64,000 nt of DNA from positions 19,437,162 to 19,501,161 of the forward strand of contig NC_068994.1 in NCBI RefSeq assembly GCF_001194135.2, given 5' to 3'. The translations under genes and the position numbers were made by a program. This DNA comes from Octopus bimaculoides (lineage: Eukaryota). The notes under the pieces were generated by a model. The model was not told the DNA's origin, searched no databases, and saw nothing but the letters and a program-made list of their open reading frames with translations. This document shows, piece after piece, positions 25,129 through 39,400 of the stretch (the first letter of the stretch is position 1; the number at the start of each line of letters is the position of its first letter).

Positions 25129-27089
25129 ATACAAATTCCATACATATTTGGTAGTCTAGTGTAGCTGGTCTAATAAGGTTTCATGTTATTAGTGTGCTAG
25201 GACATTGAGATAAAGTAGCACATGGCAAATACAGAGAAGCTATAATGAAATATATATAATTTGTTATTCGTGGGTCAGTGGAAACTTTATTAATACAACA
25301 GCCTAATAAACAGTGAAATAAACGTTGCAGAAATTTCGATCAATATATCTTAGTAACAAGGTAATTCCATATGCTTTAATGCTGATATCAGGAATATTCA
25401 TCTGTATTGCAATGACTAACTTGGTTCATACATAGGTTACAGGGTGAATTTTTAAAGGTGAAGGTACAGTCAATACAACCAAACCCAGTGTATGACTGGT
25501 ATTGATTTTATTGCTCTCAGAAGAATAAAAAGCAAACTTGATTGCAAAAGCATGTGAATACAGATAATATGAAGCACTAAAAACGAAGTATTATACATTA
25601 TTATTTATTCCAGTTTGTTTTTACCAACATATTGTAGTGAAATATGGTCAGTGAAATCTGCAGATCTACATCTTGAAGGGATCACAATGAGTATTAGTCA
25701 TGTCCAGGGCCTCCAAGAAATATTATGCAAAATGAAACAAACTGCTTTTGGACCCCAACAGAGGTGGGCAGGATTCCTCAAAATTCAAAGAAGTTGTTTT
25801 ATTTTTAAAAAAATTTTTTTCCTCTAATAGTTATTTACAAATTCCTCTTTAGCTCTCTGAGCTGTGGACCAATGTATCAGTTGAACACCACTCTTATAAG
25901 CTCGGGTCATGTTCGTAATAAATTTGAAAGACAAAATTATGTGTTGGTTAATTTAAGAGAACTGAATACAATGAAACCAACAAGTGACTGAAATGGATGA
26001 GCAATGGAGATTAACAAAAATATGACATGAATTGCACTCAATTTTTGGATATTAAAATTTTTTGGTTGAAAGAAGTGAGAGGAAAAGACTAAAATCTGCA
26101 TGTAAAGTAAACATAAAACTAGGGTTGTCAACAATTAAAACAAAAAAACAGTTGACATTACTGAGAAATGGTAATAAATAAAAACAAATAACCAAGAAAT
26201 TAGTTATTACTGTGAAATACTATACTTTATACATTGTACTATGTACAAAGTCACAATACTATATGTTATAGATGGAAAAACTTAATTTAATTTTTTTTTT
26301 TTTTTGAGAGTAAAACAGCATCATGTTTAATCCTACCAACAAAAATTATTTTAAACTCAAAATAATATTTTAAAAGATTTGAAGGAAAAGAATTTTGTGC
26401 AATATGAAATATCAATTGTCTGAATCTTTTCCTGAATTTAGGAAATTACTGTAATTGTACAACAGACATAAAATGCCGACATATTACATTAAAAAAAATA
26501 TGAACAGAACAAAAATACAGTGAACTAGTTGGAAGATTAAAAAAAATAACAAAGTTCCAGATATCTGAATTGTATTTAAAATGTTCTCAAGAATGTGGTA
26601 ACTTAATGACACTCTTTATGTTATCAGTGTGAAGGTTGTCACATATATATTAACATTTTGAACTAATATCAACTTTTGAAGGATGAAAAGCAAAGTTTGG
26701 CCTGAATGTAAGGAATGCAACAAAATGATGCAAGGCATTTAGTCTAGTACTTGACTGTTTTTACCACTACACCAACCTACTTTGAATTAATATTGAAAAT
26801 AATTCTAACATCTAATGAAACCCATTGCATTTGTCATCTTTTATCTTTCAGCTCCAAAGAACTGTAGGCAATTCATAAAAGCTCTCCAAAGCACCGTGTT
26901 CAAAATGTGCTAATGTTCTGTACATCTGTCAGCTTTAATTTTTCTTCATGTAACTTTTGATCTTTTATATCTTGATTTTTATTGAAGTTTCCATGTTGTG
27001 TGTGTGTGTGTGTGTGTACACACACACATATATATACACACACACACCTTATAAATGCCATTGTAATTTCAAAACAAACTTATATGTCC

Positions 27090-27400
27090 TTTAGAAAATC
27101 AGTGTTTAAGGAAGAATATAGTACAATGTATGGTAATTGCAGAGCATTATACATATTATTACACCGGCTCTTCTGCTACAATTTGGAAATCTAGATTACA
27201 TAACAGATCTTCTTCATTTAAATTTAAGAGGAAATGTAATTCTACAAATCTTAGTAAATGCATCCAAGATTTGAAAAACAAGAAAATTAACTACGATATA
27301 AGTGGTTCATTATTAGCAATGCTCCATTGTTCTATACTGGTAATTCTAAATATGATCTTTGCCAAGAGGAAATATATTATATTGATATAATTACTTCAAA
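27090..27400 (+). mobile_element. Penelope-like GIY-YIG endonuclease relic
   Basis: NQCLRKNIV(Y)… then YYTGSSATIWKSRLHNRSSSFK…STNLSKCIQDLKNKKINYDI…, followed in another frame by YTGNSKYDLCQEEIYYI. Matches the Penelope endonuclease pattern (VY…YxG…R…H..SF…LS..IW.LK…C.LC..E). Confidence 0.75.
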
Positions 27401-28067
27401 GTTAAAATCATTGAATTGTAGAATCAGTCATGATGAAATGTTCCCATAAATATAGAAAAACATTTAAATATTTCAATAATAAATAATAAACATCTTAATT
27501 ATTATTGCTTTTCCTATAATCTAATGAGAATATCAAATTTTTTAGTGTAGTCAGTAATGTATGGTATAATCATCAATTAAAGATGTGATTTTCTCCATTC
27601 TTGTTCATGTTACATACTCTGGATTTCTTGAAATTCTTCTAAGCAGTATTTGGATTGAGTTATACATAAGGAATTACCTTAGATGTTAATTCTATTTGAA
27701 TTTATTGGCACTTGATTGTTTGATGCAGTGAACCAAATTCACTTATGTGCCTGGATTTATTAATTGCTTTTACCTCTTGTTTACATACACACACATACAT
27801 TGTATAATATATGTATTGTATTTTTTATATATATATGTATATTGTATAAAATTATGTCCTAAGATATAATCACTCTACAGCCAACTCTAGTTTAAGTGAC
27901 ATTTCTTTACTCCTTTACAACAATGAGTTTGTGATTACTCTTTGTCCAAATTTTGATGCAAAGGTTTATTAGTGAATGATGTATAGTTGTATAGGACATT
28001 AATTTTATCTTGTCACAAGTTGAAATTAAGTTAATCTTTATACCATCAGAGTGTTTAAACAACTCAC

Positions 28068-28103
28068 ATATATCTATACTCTTCTTAGGTAGCTGATTTT
28101 CAC
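28068..28103 (-). CDS. Candidate 36-nt symmetric phase-1 micro-exon
   Basis: Acceptor gttttttccag|G and donor TAT|gtgagt; only the phase-1 frame is open ((x)ENQLPKKSIDI). Confidence 0.3.
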
Positions 28104-29826
28104 CTGGAAAAAACATTTCCAGTGGTTAGCTTGGTGCAAGGTAGATATCTATTTTTTACTTAGTTAAATTAATATAACAAATTAAAGTTAAGACCAATGT
28201 ATGCTCTTAAAACGTAAATTAACATTTAATCTAGTTAATATAAATAAAAAGATATTTTGCTTTTGTTGTTTAATTGTAAACTCTATTTTATATATATTTA
28301 ATGAAGAGATTGAATTTATGTTTAAAGAAGAGACTTAGTCATGAAGAAATTCATGGCATCAAAAACCTTAAATCAGATGAAGTAAAACTGGAAGATAAAC
28401 TGTTTTCATAATTTTATAAAACTTTAATGAGAGAGAGATGGGGCAGAGAGAGAGAGAGAGAGGGAGAGAGACAGAGAGAAAATTCAACCGATTAAATTAC
28501 TTCTGAAAAGGTTGTATATACACAAGCTAAAAGATAACAGATTGAAAGCCTTGGGCATTTTATGTTATCATGAATATTCTTACAACAATTGTGTATTCAG
28601 AAGCATATTGAGGTTATCTGGCTTTTAGAAAGAAGACCAGTGAAAGTAGCTGTATTAAGAAGGATCATTATAAAAAAAAAAGAGGGGGGAAAAAAAAAAA
28701 AAGAAAAATACTGGCCTTTAGTCCAAAGATAAAATTATACATCATTTTCAGTGGTTTGAGGCACCAACAGGTACCTTTGTTTTGATTGGGATTACAGTTC
28801 TGGTTGAACTCAGAACAAAAGCAGAGTTTAAATCTGCTTATATGAATATAAAAGTCAACTTACCCCCAAAGACAGCAGACTTTGTATAGAACAATAAATA
28901 ATCTTATACACGTGTCTACTTGTCTCCTTATACAATTCAGTATGTATAAAACGAACTGTTTAATTTATAAAATAAACATAAATAAAGCGTAAAACACAAA
29001 AAGTTAGAGATAGTAAACCAAAACTGTAACAAGTGACACAGTCTTATAGGAAGACAAGAATAAAAAAAAAAACGTCTTTGAATACTTTGAGTGTAAAATA
29101 TATGTACAAGTAGTTCTTCTGTTACTTGATATCTCAACAAGAAACATGTGCTTTTGTACTGCATTATTATTAATTATTGCCAACAAACAAATTATGCATT
29201 GATTTAAACATACAAGTAAGACTTAGAATCTGCAACAAGGACAGTGAAGTTCAATGTTCACAGCAATTCCAGCTTTATTTATATTGCTATTTTACATCTG
29301 TTGACATGTATTGGATGGCTTTGCAAGTTTAGAGATTTGCACAAGTTGAGACAGGAATTTTAGACCTGAAAATGTTATGTCATTACACTGGGAGTAGTAT
29401 GTTATTTTCTACTAACTTGAGAATAAGCCAAATAATAACGGAATGACTATAATGATTTTGTGCATTGGCACAAGGTTACACATTTGTTGGAAAAGAGTAT
29501 AACTGAACTGATCCAAGTTTGAAATAATCTCATTGAAAACACACACACACACAAACACAAGCCAGAACCTACCCAGCTGACATGAAGCCAAAGTTTCATA
29601 AAAATAGCAATATCGTATCTATAAGATGGGAATGAAGACCTAATGTAATGTAATAGATAACGTATCAAAAAGGAAAAATAATGATTAATAAAAACAAATA
29701 AAATATGTTGAATACATCATTACCTAAGGAGTGCATGAAACCAGCTAATACCCAACAAATAATTACTGACACAACTTATTGAATATATCATTAGCTGATT
29801 GATGTGCATGTGTGTATGTATGTATA

Positions 29827-29830
<4 letters not shown>

Positions 29831-29885
<55 letters not shown>
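29831..29885. repeat. (TG)n microsatellite
   Basis: Long TG run. Confidence 0.95.
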
Positions 29886-29888
<3 letters not shown>

Positions 29889-32623
29889 CACACACACACT
29901 TGTACATACATACACATATGTAGTAGAATATTTAGAGTATAGTAGGTACTATTGCCTCTAAGAATGAAACCTTTGCAGATTAAATATTATTCTTATGAAT
30001 TGGAAGGTTCAATCCCACACAGTGACCAGTGATTTCATCCAAGGATGAAATTTTGAGTCCAGAAAGAGGTACTGAACCTTCCAATTCTCAAGAAGTCATC
30101 ATAAGTATTGTGTTCCATTACATTTAGCTTACACCAACACTTTTCCCAACATATTCTTACTTCTCCCATTCAATGCCTGTATAAAGATAATAGTCTTTCT
30201 TTTGTTGGCCCATATCTCTGAATTAAATGAATAATGATAGGTACAAAATATCAAAATTATAGGGAACTAAAATTTCAAACTGTAATGTTTTTATTAATAT
30301 AACTCCCTCTACAAAAGAAATTATGAAACTGTAATGAAACCAGTTAGTGTTATGGCAATGCTATTTCTACTGTACCTACATTAGTAAATACAATTATACA
30401 TAAAAAACAAAAAGAAAAGACTTACATGCACATTGTTTTGCAAAAGCTAAAATATTAGGACAATATTTGAATAGAAGAGGTTATAATTACTGTAGCATAC
30501 AACTGTCTCATGATAATCACATTGAATGTAGAAATGTCACAGAATGACCCAATCCTTTCATTTCTATATTTCAATTAAATTCTAAAATAACCACGAATTT
30601 AGACTGGTTTCATTAAACAACTGTAACTTTTCTATTTATCGATATATTAATGTGATTTTTGGAACACAATTGAAGAAAAGGTTCTTAATTCTATTGCATA
30701 ACTTTCCTCTGAAAGTGACTCTAATAACTGGTAAATACATGTAAACCGCAAGCTATCTTTTTTTCAGTTTATTTACTTTCTGCATAACAGTTTGTTTCCA
30801 TGGTGATCACTTCAAACAAGCTTACAAGCTTATATTTGCTTGATTTTTCGATATCTTCCATTGAAAAGCCCTCAAATTCACAATCACTGCTTGATAGCAT
30901 GAAACAGGTATCCATCTTAAAAGTTGAAAAAGATCACTGAAGAAAAATGTGGAAAGAAGTGTCCCAAAATTTGCAGAACTCAGATATTGTGTCAAACAAT
31001 ATCAGGTACTGTAACTTGACTATTTACAAAGTGAAATCACATTTTCACAATTGTACTAACAAGATTTGTGCTGAAATTGACATTTAAATATCTATGGGTT
31101 CGCTCGACCGGCTTCGGCCAGGTTGGTCGTTTGAGCCAAAAACTTTTTCGGCTGGCTGCAGCCAGGTTGGTAACAAAATTATACACTCCTAAAAATGTCC
31201 AAAATTCTATAGTTGATTCACACACAATTAGTTAGAAGGGACGTCACATTAAGTTCATATTTAATTGGCACCAATAGCTGTGGTGCTAGTTAAACATCTA
31301 AATTCCTTATTATTCTGTGAAGTAACAATTAAATATTTAATAAATACTCATATGCCATATGTTCAAAAACAATAGATATGAAAATAATCATTATAAAATG
31401 TATTCATGTTTTATATGGTATTGCTTGAATATTGACTGTCATCATCAGATATGAATATCCAGAGGGTGGACATCTGTGTGTGACTTCTTTAAACACAGGA
31501 AGACAGCAGCAATAGAATTCTTGGATCTGTGCTCAATGACATGGGTTCCATGGTGATTGAAGATTTCTTCAGCAGCAGCTCTTATCCATAAAATGATGAT
31601 TGTGTACTTCAGTATTTTGCTTCCTAATTAAGTGGTCCCAAATTCAATGCCACTCCATGGTACTTTAAGCATGTGTCAGGTTGACCAAAAGTTTTTCTCA
31701 GTATTTTTGGTAGACCAAAACTCTGCTTGTCAAGTATGTGTATAAGCATGTGCACATGCATGTGTAAATATGAGAGAGAGAAAATAATTTGACCAAACAT
31801 AACTAGAGTTTCATATAAAAACACCTTATAGTATTTATTTCCAGACATTTATAACAAGCTACTGGAGGCAATATAATTAACTAAAACCCTTTAAAGCAAT
31901 GCCCCAGCATGGTCACAGTCTAAAGACTAAAACCAGTCACAGAATAATAGAGAGGCTAAATGAATCAAAGGATATCGACTCAAAATTGTACAAAACAGAC
32001 AATGCAAATAATACCACTGAGCCATGGCTAATTTTAGATAGTTAAACTGAATCAAGAGGAGTTCTGCAGTTTTAAACTTTCTCGTTCTTCAGCTGAGAAA
32101 TCAATATTATCTTATATTCCTTTGTGCTCCATTATAACACAATATCTTCTTTCTTTTATTAAATGTCTGGTTTCATCTCAAGACCAGAAAATACTTTAGT
32201 CTTTCATGGATGATGATTCCTTAAACCACCAAAGAATGATGCATTACTTCTTATATACTATAACAGAATATATATCATTTTTATCAATAACAAAAGTAGT
32301 CTTTTCAAAAAAAAACTTTCAGCTCCAAATCACTCATAAACAACTTTCATTATATTTTTCCCTTTTTTAGTGGTGTCTTTTCCCATTGCCATTTCAATTA
32401 TTATTGCAATCGTTTTTGCAGTTTTAAAATTATTGGCTTCATCTAAATCCTAACATTTCTGTTTAGTTCTCCTTACTTATTATCATCCTTTCCTTGCAAA
32501 CCCTGCAAAATAGGGATAACAGCAGCCTGTTCGAGAAATGAGCCCCATGAGGTGGAGTGACTGCTGCAGCAAGTGTTGCTGACCATTCTCCATAGCAACG
32601 CCATTGCAATCTTTACCACAGGG

Positions 32624-32803
32624 CAGAGCCAAGCTCACCATCAGAGCCAAGCTCACCATCAGAGCCAAGCTCACCATCAGAGCCAAGCTCACCATCAGAG
32701 CCAAGCTCANNNNNNNNNNCAAGCTCACCATCAGAGCCAAGCTCACCATCAGAGCCAAGCTCACCATCAGAGCCAAGCTCACCATCAGAGCCAAGCTCAC
32801 CAT
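32624..32803. repeat. 18-bp minisatellite (cagagccaagctcaccat)n, interrupted by a 10-N gap
   Basis: Identical head-to-tail units with no spacers; at least 9 units visible. Confidence 0.95.
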
Positions 32804-35800
32804 CACCCTTCCTCCTCTATCATCTGCTGCTTAACACTCCACCCTTTTTTTCTTTCTTATCTCTCTTTTTACCTGTTTCTTTGCATTAAAATGCTACAAA
32901 CAAAATGTTAAGCATATTAAAAATACATTGTTGAAACTCCAATCAATCTGGAATTCACCAAACACACCTGAAAAAGAACTGAAAATTCTAAACCAGATAC
33001 AACTTAAACCACTTCTAGCAAAACAAAAATTCTTGATCTCTCCTAAAAATTAAATAAATTAAATTAAAAAAATAACAATTAATTCATAGTAGAACATTTT
33101 CCTGACTGAGATGAGTTGTTAACAGGATTATAATCTTTCAAATTATCAACCTCATCTCAAAATAAAAATGATATAAAAACATAACAGAATTATTTCATAA
33201 TGTAAACCTATCACTTCCCAATACAAGTATGTCTAAGATAATATAGACTAACCAAATGACCAACACATATTTCATAATTTTATTTACACTTCAAATTGTA
33301 TATTCTTCAGTTGCTTTCATTTGCCAAATTTCTAGAAAATGCATCTCTCTTTTGATTAAAATTGATCCAGCAAGTCTTAAGAATAGCAAACTCATAGGAA
33401 TAGGAATAAAACAAATAAAATGTAGTAAATGGTAGCTAGATTAGAATGGAACCTATACAGGTCTTGTGTTATAATGCACCCTGAATGTTATAATGCACTA
33501 TTTCCATTGCTTCTACAACACCTACTAAATAAACCCTGGGGTAAGTGAAAGGAACTACTCAACAACACTACATTTAGCAAGTGACTTTATGGACTTAATA
33601 ATTTCACAGAAAATCAAGTCTGTAATTGGGATGCAATTTGCAATTAGACTGATTTCACTCATTTCCCATTTTCTTCATTTCTCTAAAGTTTCAATCATAA
33701 TTAAGACTTCAACATTACCTCATCATCCATCTCTCTCCATGTTGACACCCCACTCCCATACACACACACAGAAATGCAGTTCCTTGCAACACTACCTACT
33801 CTTTCCCTCTTCCCACATGCACAACTGCAATCCCTATCTACATATATTCAGTGACTTCCTTTTTAAAACTGTGCACTAAGATACCTGTGTCATTTGAAGC
33901 TCTTGAAGGGCAATATCTATCCAGAATAATTCCCCAAAACTGCTTGCATGGTTTATTTATCCCAAACAAATTAGGTTTACATTTTTATGTTTTTTTTTTG
34001 TCTTTTTTATTTTTATTAAAGGATAGAAATTTAAGGTTGCAATTTCACATAAAAAGAAAAAGTAATTATAGATGTTGATCAAAACAAACTATGATCAGTT
34101 AAAAAATTGTTTATTTTTGGTTTCTCCTAGAAAATGAATGCAAAGATATTAAGAATATTTTTATTTATTTATTTTTTTTTTCTTACTTTAATTATTGATT
34201 AAATGTCTAAATATCTGAGATGAGTTGCTGTTAATAAGATTAGGCTTCTTTTTAACTATTTAACTTCATCTTTACAGACAGAACATTTAAAAAATTTTTT
34301 TTTTTATTTATACTGATTAATTTGATCTTTAAATTGTCATCAGGTGTCTTATTTCTGGATATACACACACTTCTAGATTGGATTAGAACTAGAGACATCT
34401 ATTTCTGAATTAAGAGATGTAACATGTATTCAGTTGGCTACTGGAGCACAAACCTCAATTATTATCATTCAATGATTAAAATAAATGCTTTGAAATAAAT
34501 AATTTTTCGTCAATTTATATGACTGGGAGAAAGGGATATTCAAATTCATTTGCTTATTTTAAATCTACTTTTCCATGCTGCATGGATTCAATGAATACAT
34601 ATTATTGCAGTATTATTTTATAGCCTGATGCTCTTCCTGATATTAACTCTTACCTGTTTTTCAAGTAAGGGATGTTTTAATCCACTAACCGTCAAAAGCA
34701 CAGAATTAGTGGACAAGGAATGTCAACAAACAACAGAATTTTAAACTCAATGCAAAGTGCAGAATGTAAAGATTCTCTCTCTCTCTCTCACACACACACA
34801 CACGGTGGATTTCATACAGTTTCCATTTATCAAATCTACTAACAAGACATTGTCCAAGGTGCCATGCAGTTAGACAGAACACCACATTATAAAGCAGAGT
34901 GCATCTACACAGCCATGCATGCACCTTAAATTGGGTTTTGATAGAATCTTCATAGTTTGCTATGGAAACATATTTGTAGAATGCCCAACATTAAAATATC
35001 CCCTTCGAACCGAAGTGTAGTTATTCTGTGTGTGATTACCACCCATAAGCAAGAAAAGGTTTATATGACATACATGGTACAAAGTAGAGGGAAACCTACA
35101 ACTTAAGATTGCTTTGCTTTCCTAACACCCCTTAATGTTACAATTTAAAAAAAGTAATTATACAGCAATGAAGAAAATGAAGTATAGAACTCTTTAAAGT
35201 CCTGGAACATTATTTTATGTTTCCTTATTTTAATTGGTATATATTCTTGAAATCAATCATAACTATTCATATAGCTAGGAATGCTGAATTGAATTATTTT
35301 GATATATACTCTTTAATTCTAGCATAGGCAAAACATGAAGCCACAGATGTTTTTGTTGTTGGGGAGGTAGGGATGTAGACGGTTATATATATATTTTTTC
35401 AATACTTGATGGAAACTTTATTTTATTGACTCTTGAGATGATGGAAGACAAAGACAGTCTCACCAGGATTTGAACTCAGAACATAAAGAGACACAAATAA
35501 TGCAAAGCATTTTGTTCAATGACCTACCAATTCAGTCAATATTACAATAACCTTACATTTATTTTATGTACTGAAATATATATTTTTTTCTTTTATCAAA
35601 TAATTAGGCAGTTTTGCTTTTAGACATTTTGCAAATTTATAAGCAAGCAAAAATTTGAAAAGATGCTATTTAACTAAGATAATTAACTAATAACTGTAAT
35701 AACTCCTTAAAATCTAACCCAGTACTCTGACAGAAATTGGATGGCAGCCTGCCAGTTCAGAGAAAAAGAATGCAATGACAAACTAAGTAGAGGGAACATG

Positions 35801-36689
35801 TAAGTACCTACACTTTAAATGCTCATAAAGTTGACAAAGTCAACAAGTTAGCATAGTTAAAAGCTATATTTAAAGAGTTTTTAGTACAAGAATGGCACAT
35901 AAGCAGTACAATTTTTATCAACATTTAAGTAAAATCAAGGTCAAATACGGTTTGCTAGAAAAATAATTAAGATGATAGTCTCATATAATGAAAATATACA
36001 TGAGAACTGGGATTGAGTGTCAGAAACTGGCAATTAATGGTAATTAAATGTTTCAAGTACTAACAATAGAGAATAGATGAAATTTGTCAACCCAACAAAA
36101 ATATGACGAAATGGAGAAGAGGGCAGAAAATTTACAGCTTTCTGAAAACCTCTCTGGTTGCTATCCTTCAATTTTTCCACTCTTCCTTGAGAAAAACATA
36201 AATTACGTAATAGTATAAAAGCTAAAAAAAGAAGCTGAATTTAAATACATTACTCTTATTTCAGTAAATTAAAGGTGAAAAATATAAATTATTAAAATGA
36301 GAAAACTGATATACGTAATAGAATCAGAGGTCGATATATAAACATTGTGTGTGTGTGCATGTGCATGTGTGTGTGTGTGAGTGAGTTTATTATCTCTCTA
36401 TCTATCTATCTTCAAGATGGTGCTCCAGCATGGCTACAGTCTAATGACTGACACAAGTAAAAGACAAAATATTCATAAAACAAAACAGTGACTGGGAAAT
36501 GAGATTAATTGATAGTTTAATAATAAAGGAAAGAGGGATTGCTATCTAATTATGCAGTAAGAATGGTGGGATGATTATTTCTAATCTTTTCAACATCAGA
36601 AATACTCCTAGTGGGAACAGGTAAAATATTAGGGGCTAGCTAACATTATTCCCAGTTTAAGTGAATGTCACTTTTAATTCAACTACTGA

Positions 36690-36726
<37 letters not shown>

Positions 36727-36731
<5 letters not shown>

Positions 36732-37800
36732 GAGGCGGAGAGGGTGGGCGTTTTTGAAATGGCTATTACTCAACCCTAAGGGGAGGGACATATGTCCCAC
36801 AGGTACTATTTGGTCTATGGTATCTTAGCATTTTTTTTTCTTTTCAGCTGAAGCTATGGTGCTGTGGACGATAGAGCATTGCATGTTCGCTACGACAGTT
36901 ATTTGAAGAATAACAAGTCTGTCACAGCAGTTCAGTGTGAGTTTCAGCGTCACTTCAACAATCTCTGAAATCAGGCTGTTCCCACCCATAACACAATCTT
37001 ACATTGGGTGAATGAACTTTGTACACTAGGTACACTAATAGGAGACTGGTGGGGGTACCACAAACAGTACGGACCCCGGAAAATGAGGAACACATCAGAC
37101 AAGCTTTGATACGGACTCCGAATCACTCTGCTCAGAGGGCATCCCACTGAACTTCACATCTGTAATCGATCAGTTAGGTGTATTTTGCATGAAGACCTGC
37201 ATTTCCACCTATACAAATTGGTCCTTGGGCAACAGTTGAAACCACAGCAGCTTAACTTCACATGTCAGATAGAAGCAATTTTTGAGGCAAATGACAACCT
37301 CATTTTGTTAATGAGTGACGAAGTTCATTTTCACCCCAATGGCATGGTGAATCAACAGAACTGTCATTGTTGGGCTCTTGAAAATCCAAGAGAACTGCAT
37401 GAAAGACCACTGCACAGCCCAAAAGTGATGGTCTGGTGTACTGTTAGAAAAGCTGCCATCACTGGTCCCTTACTTTTTTGAAGACAATGGAAATGCTGTT
37501 ACTGTGAACTCCAAGTATTACTCAAGATGATAAACAACTTCTTTGTGTCTGAATTACAATGAAAACGAATGCTTATTTGATGTGTGTGGTTTCAGAAGGA
37601 TGGGGCGATGGCCCACACAGCTAGACTATCAATGGACATTCTTCGCTCTCTCTTCAGTGACCACCTCATTTCCAGATTTACTAACTTTCCTTGACCCCCC
37701 CCCCCTTGGTTTCCTGACATGTCCATGTGTGATTATTTCTTGCGGGGAAACTTCAAGGCATGTGTGTATGCACATAAGAAACAGCAACCAGACCACCTTC
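36727..37800 (+). mobile_element. Tc1/mariner DD41D-type (rosa/Visitor-like) transposon, 3'-truncated, inactivated
   Basis: Starts TATAGGGTG within (TA)n. LLMSDEVHFHPNGMVNQQNC…PLHSPKVMVWC…GP; VWFQKDGAMAHTA…*PPPPWFPDMSMCDYF gives 43 residues between the Asps, 41 after discounting the poly-C expansion. Confidence 0.85.
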
Positions 37801-38189
37801 AAATACACAATCATCTTAAAAAAGAGGACTTAGTCCTAAATACAGTCTGAATAAATGAGGAGATGGTCACAGCTGGTATGTCTTTATCATAGGTCTGCTT
37901 GCTTGGTCAGAGCTGACCTGGGCTAAACAATAACAGCGACTCAATAGTACATCATTATAGACAACCAATGAAATAATAAATTCCAATATGACTTTTATTT
38001 GGAATTATTACAATAACTCACTGAAATTCAAACAATTTAATATCTCTATGTGTCAATATATGACAAAAGAGGATATCATTTAATTATTAATATTAATAAC
38101 TAAAGCCATTCTATAACTCTCAAATTATTGTTTTATTATGCTGATTTCATTGTTTAGAAACCAGGTCAACCCAGAGCAAGAAAACTTAT

Positions 38190-38349
38190 GATCATATATG
38201 TTCAAATTCCACCAAGGTTAACTTTGCCTTTCATCCTTTCAGGGTCAATAAAATAAGTACCTGTTGAGCACTGAGGTTGATGTAATCAACTCACCTCCAC
38301 TGAAATTGAAGGCCTTGTGTCAAAATTTGAAACAACAACAACAATATTA

Positions 38350-38395
<46 letters not shown>

Positions 38396-38605
38396 GGGCA
38401 AGTGCATTAACTGAATCATTAGATTGTCAAACAAATGCTTTGCAGTATTTATTATCCCAGTTGGTTAAGTTCTAAGTTTAAATCCTGCCAAGGTCAACTT
38501 TGTCTTTCATCTCTGGGGGGTTCAGAAAATAAAATACCAGTCAAATACTGGGGTCAAGGGCATTATCAACCACCCTTCAAAAATTGCTGGCCTAAATTAA
38601 AAACA
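38190..38605 (+). mobile_element. Two tandem SINE family B copies separated by (ATT)n
   Basis: gttcaaattccaccaaggttaactttgcctttcatcc… (38200) and a second decayed copy from ~38395; (ATT)n at ~38350-38395. Confidence 0.8.
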
Positions 38606-38699
38606 GTTATTAATGTCTTCATAAGTCTTATTTTTATCATGCTCTTGCGAAACACAGCTACCTTAAATAAATGAAGTGTTTTGTCTAGGATTTTGTATT

Positions 38700-39400
38700 C
38701 TATTCTACTGAAAAAATGATTATTCTATGTAATATGTGTGCAGTGTATAGTTATGTTATTAATCTCTATATGTTGCGTATGTGAATTATGTATTGTCTGC
38801 ATAAATTAGTATTTGTCTGCATGATTCCCAAAGCACCTGTTATTAGAGAGACTGTTTGTTTTCTTACATCACATCGTTGTAATCATGTCTCCAGCAGTTT
38901 CATATGGGTTTCCAGAGCACTACCATGTGAAATTCTAATTTCCTAGAATGTCTTCTTGAGAGTAGAGTCATGTTTGTATACTAAAACAATTTTGCTTAGT
39001 TGTGGGGTTTGCTTTATGGTTTCTTGTTATTATAGTATTTTGTCTATTTGATGTGTAGATTGTATGCAATGTGATCTGTGTTATTTTGATGGGTGGTAAT
39101 TGTACTTAGTATTGTAATATGGCTGATGTTGCATTTTAGCATCAGGATTATGTGTAGAGTAGGTGCCAAATGTTTTACATGTTTTAGTACCAGGTGTACA
39201 ATATCTAGTATGCAAGGTTGTGTGACTTGTATCATATTAATGGGCAGTAATTGTGTAGAATATGAATTATTGGAGTTGTCGCATAAGGTATGTAATTTTA
39301 TGTATTGTATTATTTTTTGGGGTGGTGATTATGTACAAAATATGCTGTATGGGTGGTGGTATATTGTTTGGTTATTTCTACAAAATCATTATTGTTACTT
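38700..39400 (-). mobile_element. Probable very old retroelement relic
   Basis: Local reversal of base skew (T/G-rich plus strand); no conserved motif recognised. Confidence 0.3.

Noticed and set aside
32624-32803. Repeat array as CRISPR or as a repetitive protein
   Set aside because: Units are contiguous with no spacers, and there are no cas genes in this eukaryotic context. The ORFs arise from a stop-free 18-mer and lack splice or start support.
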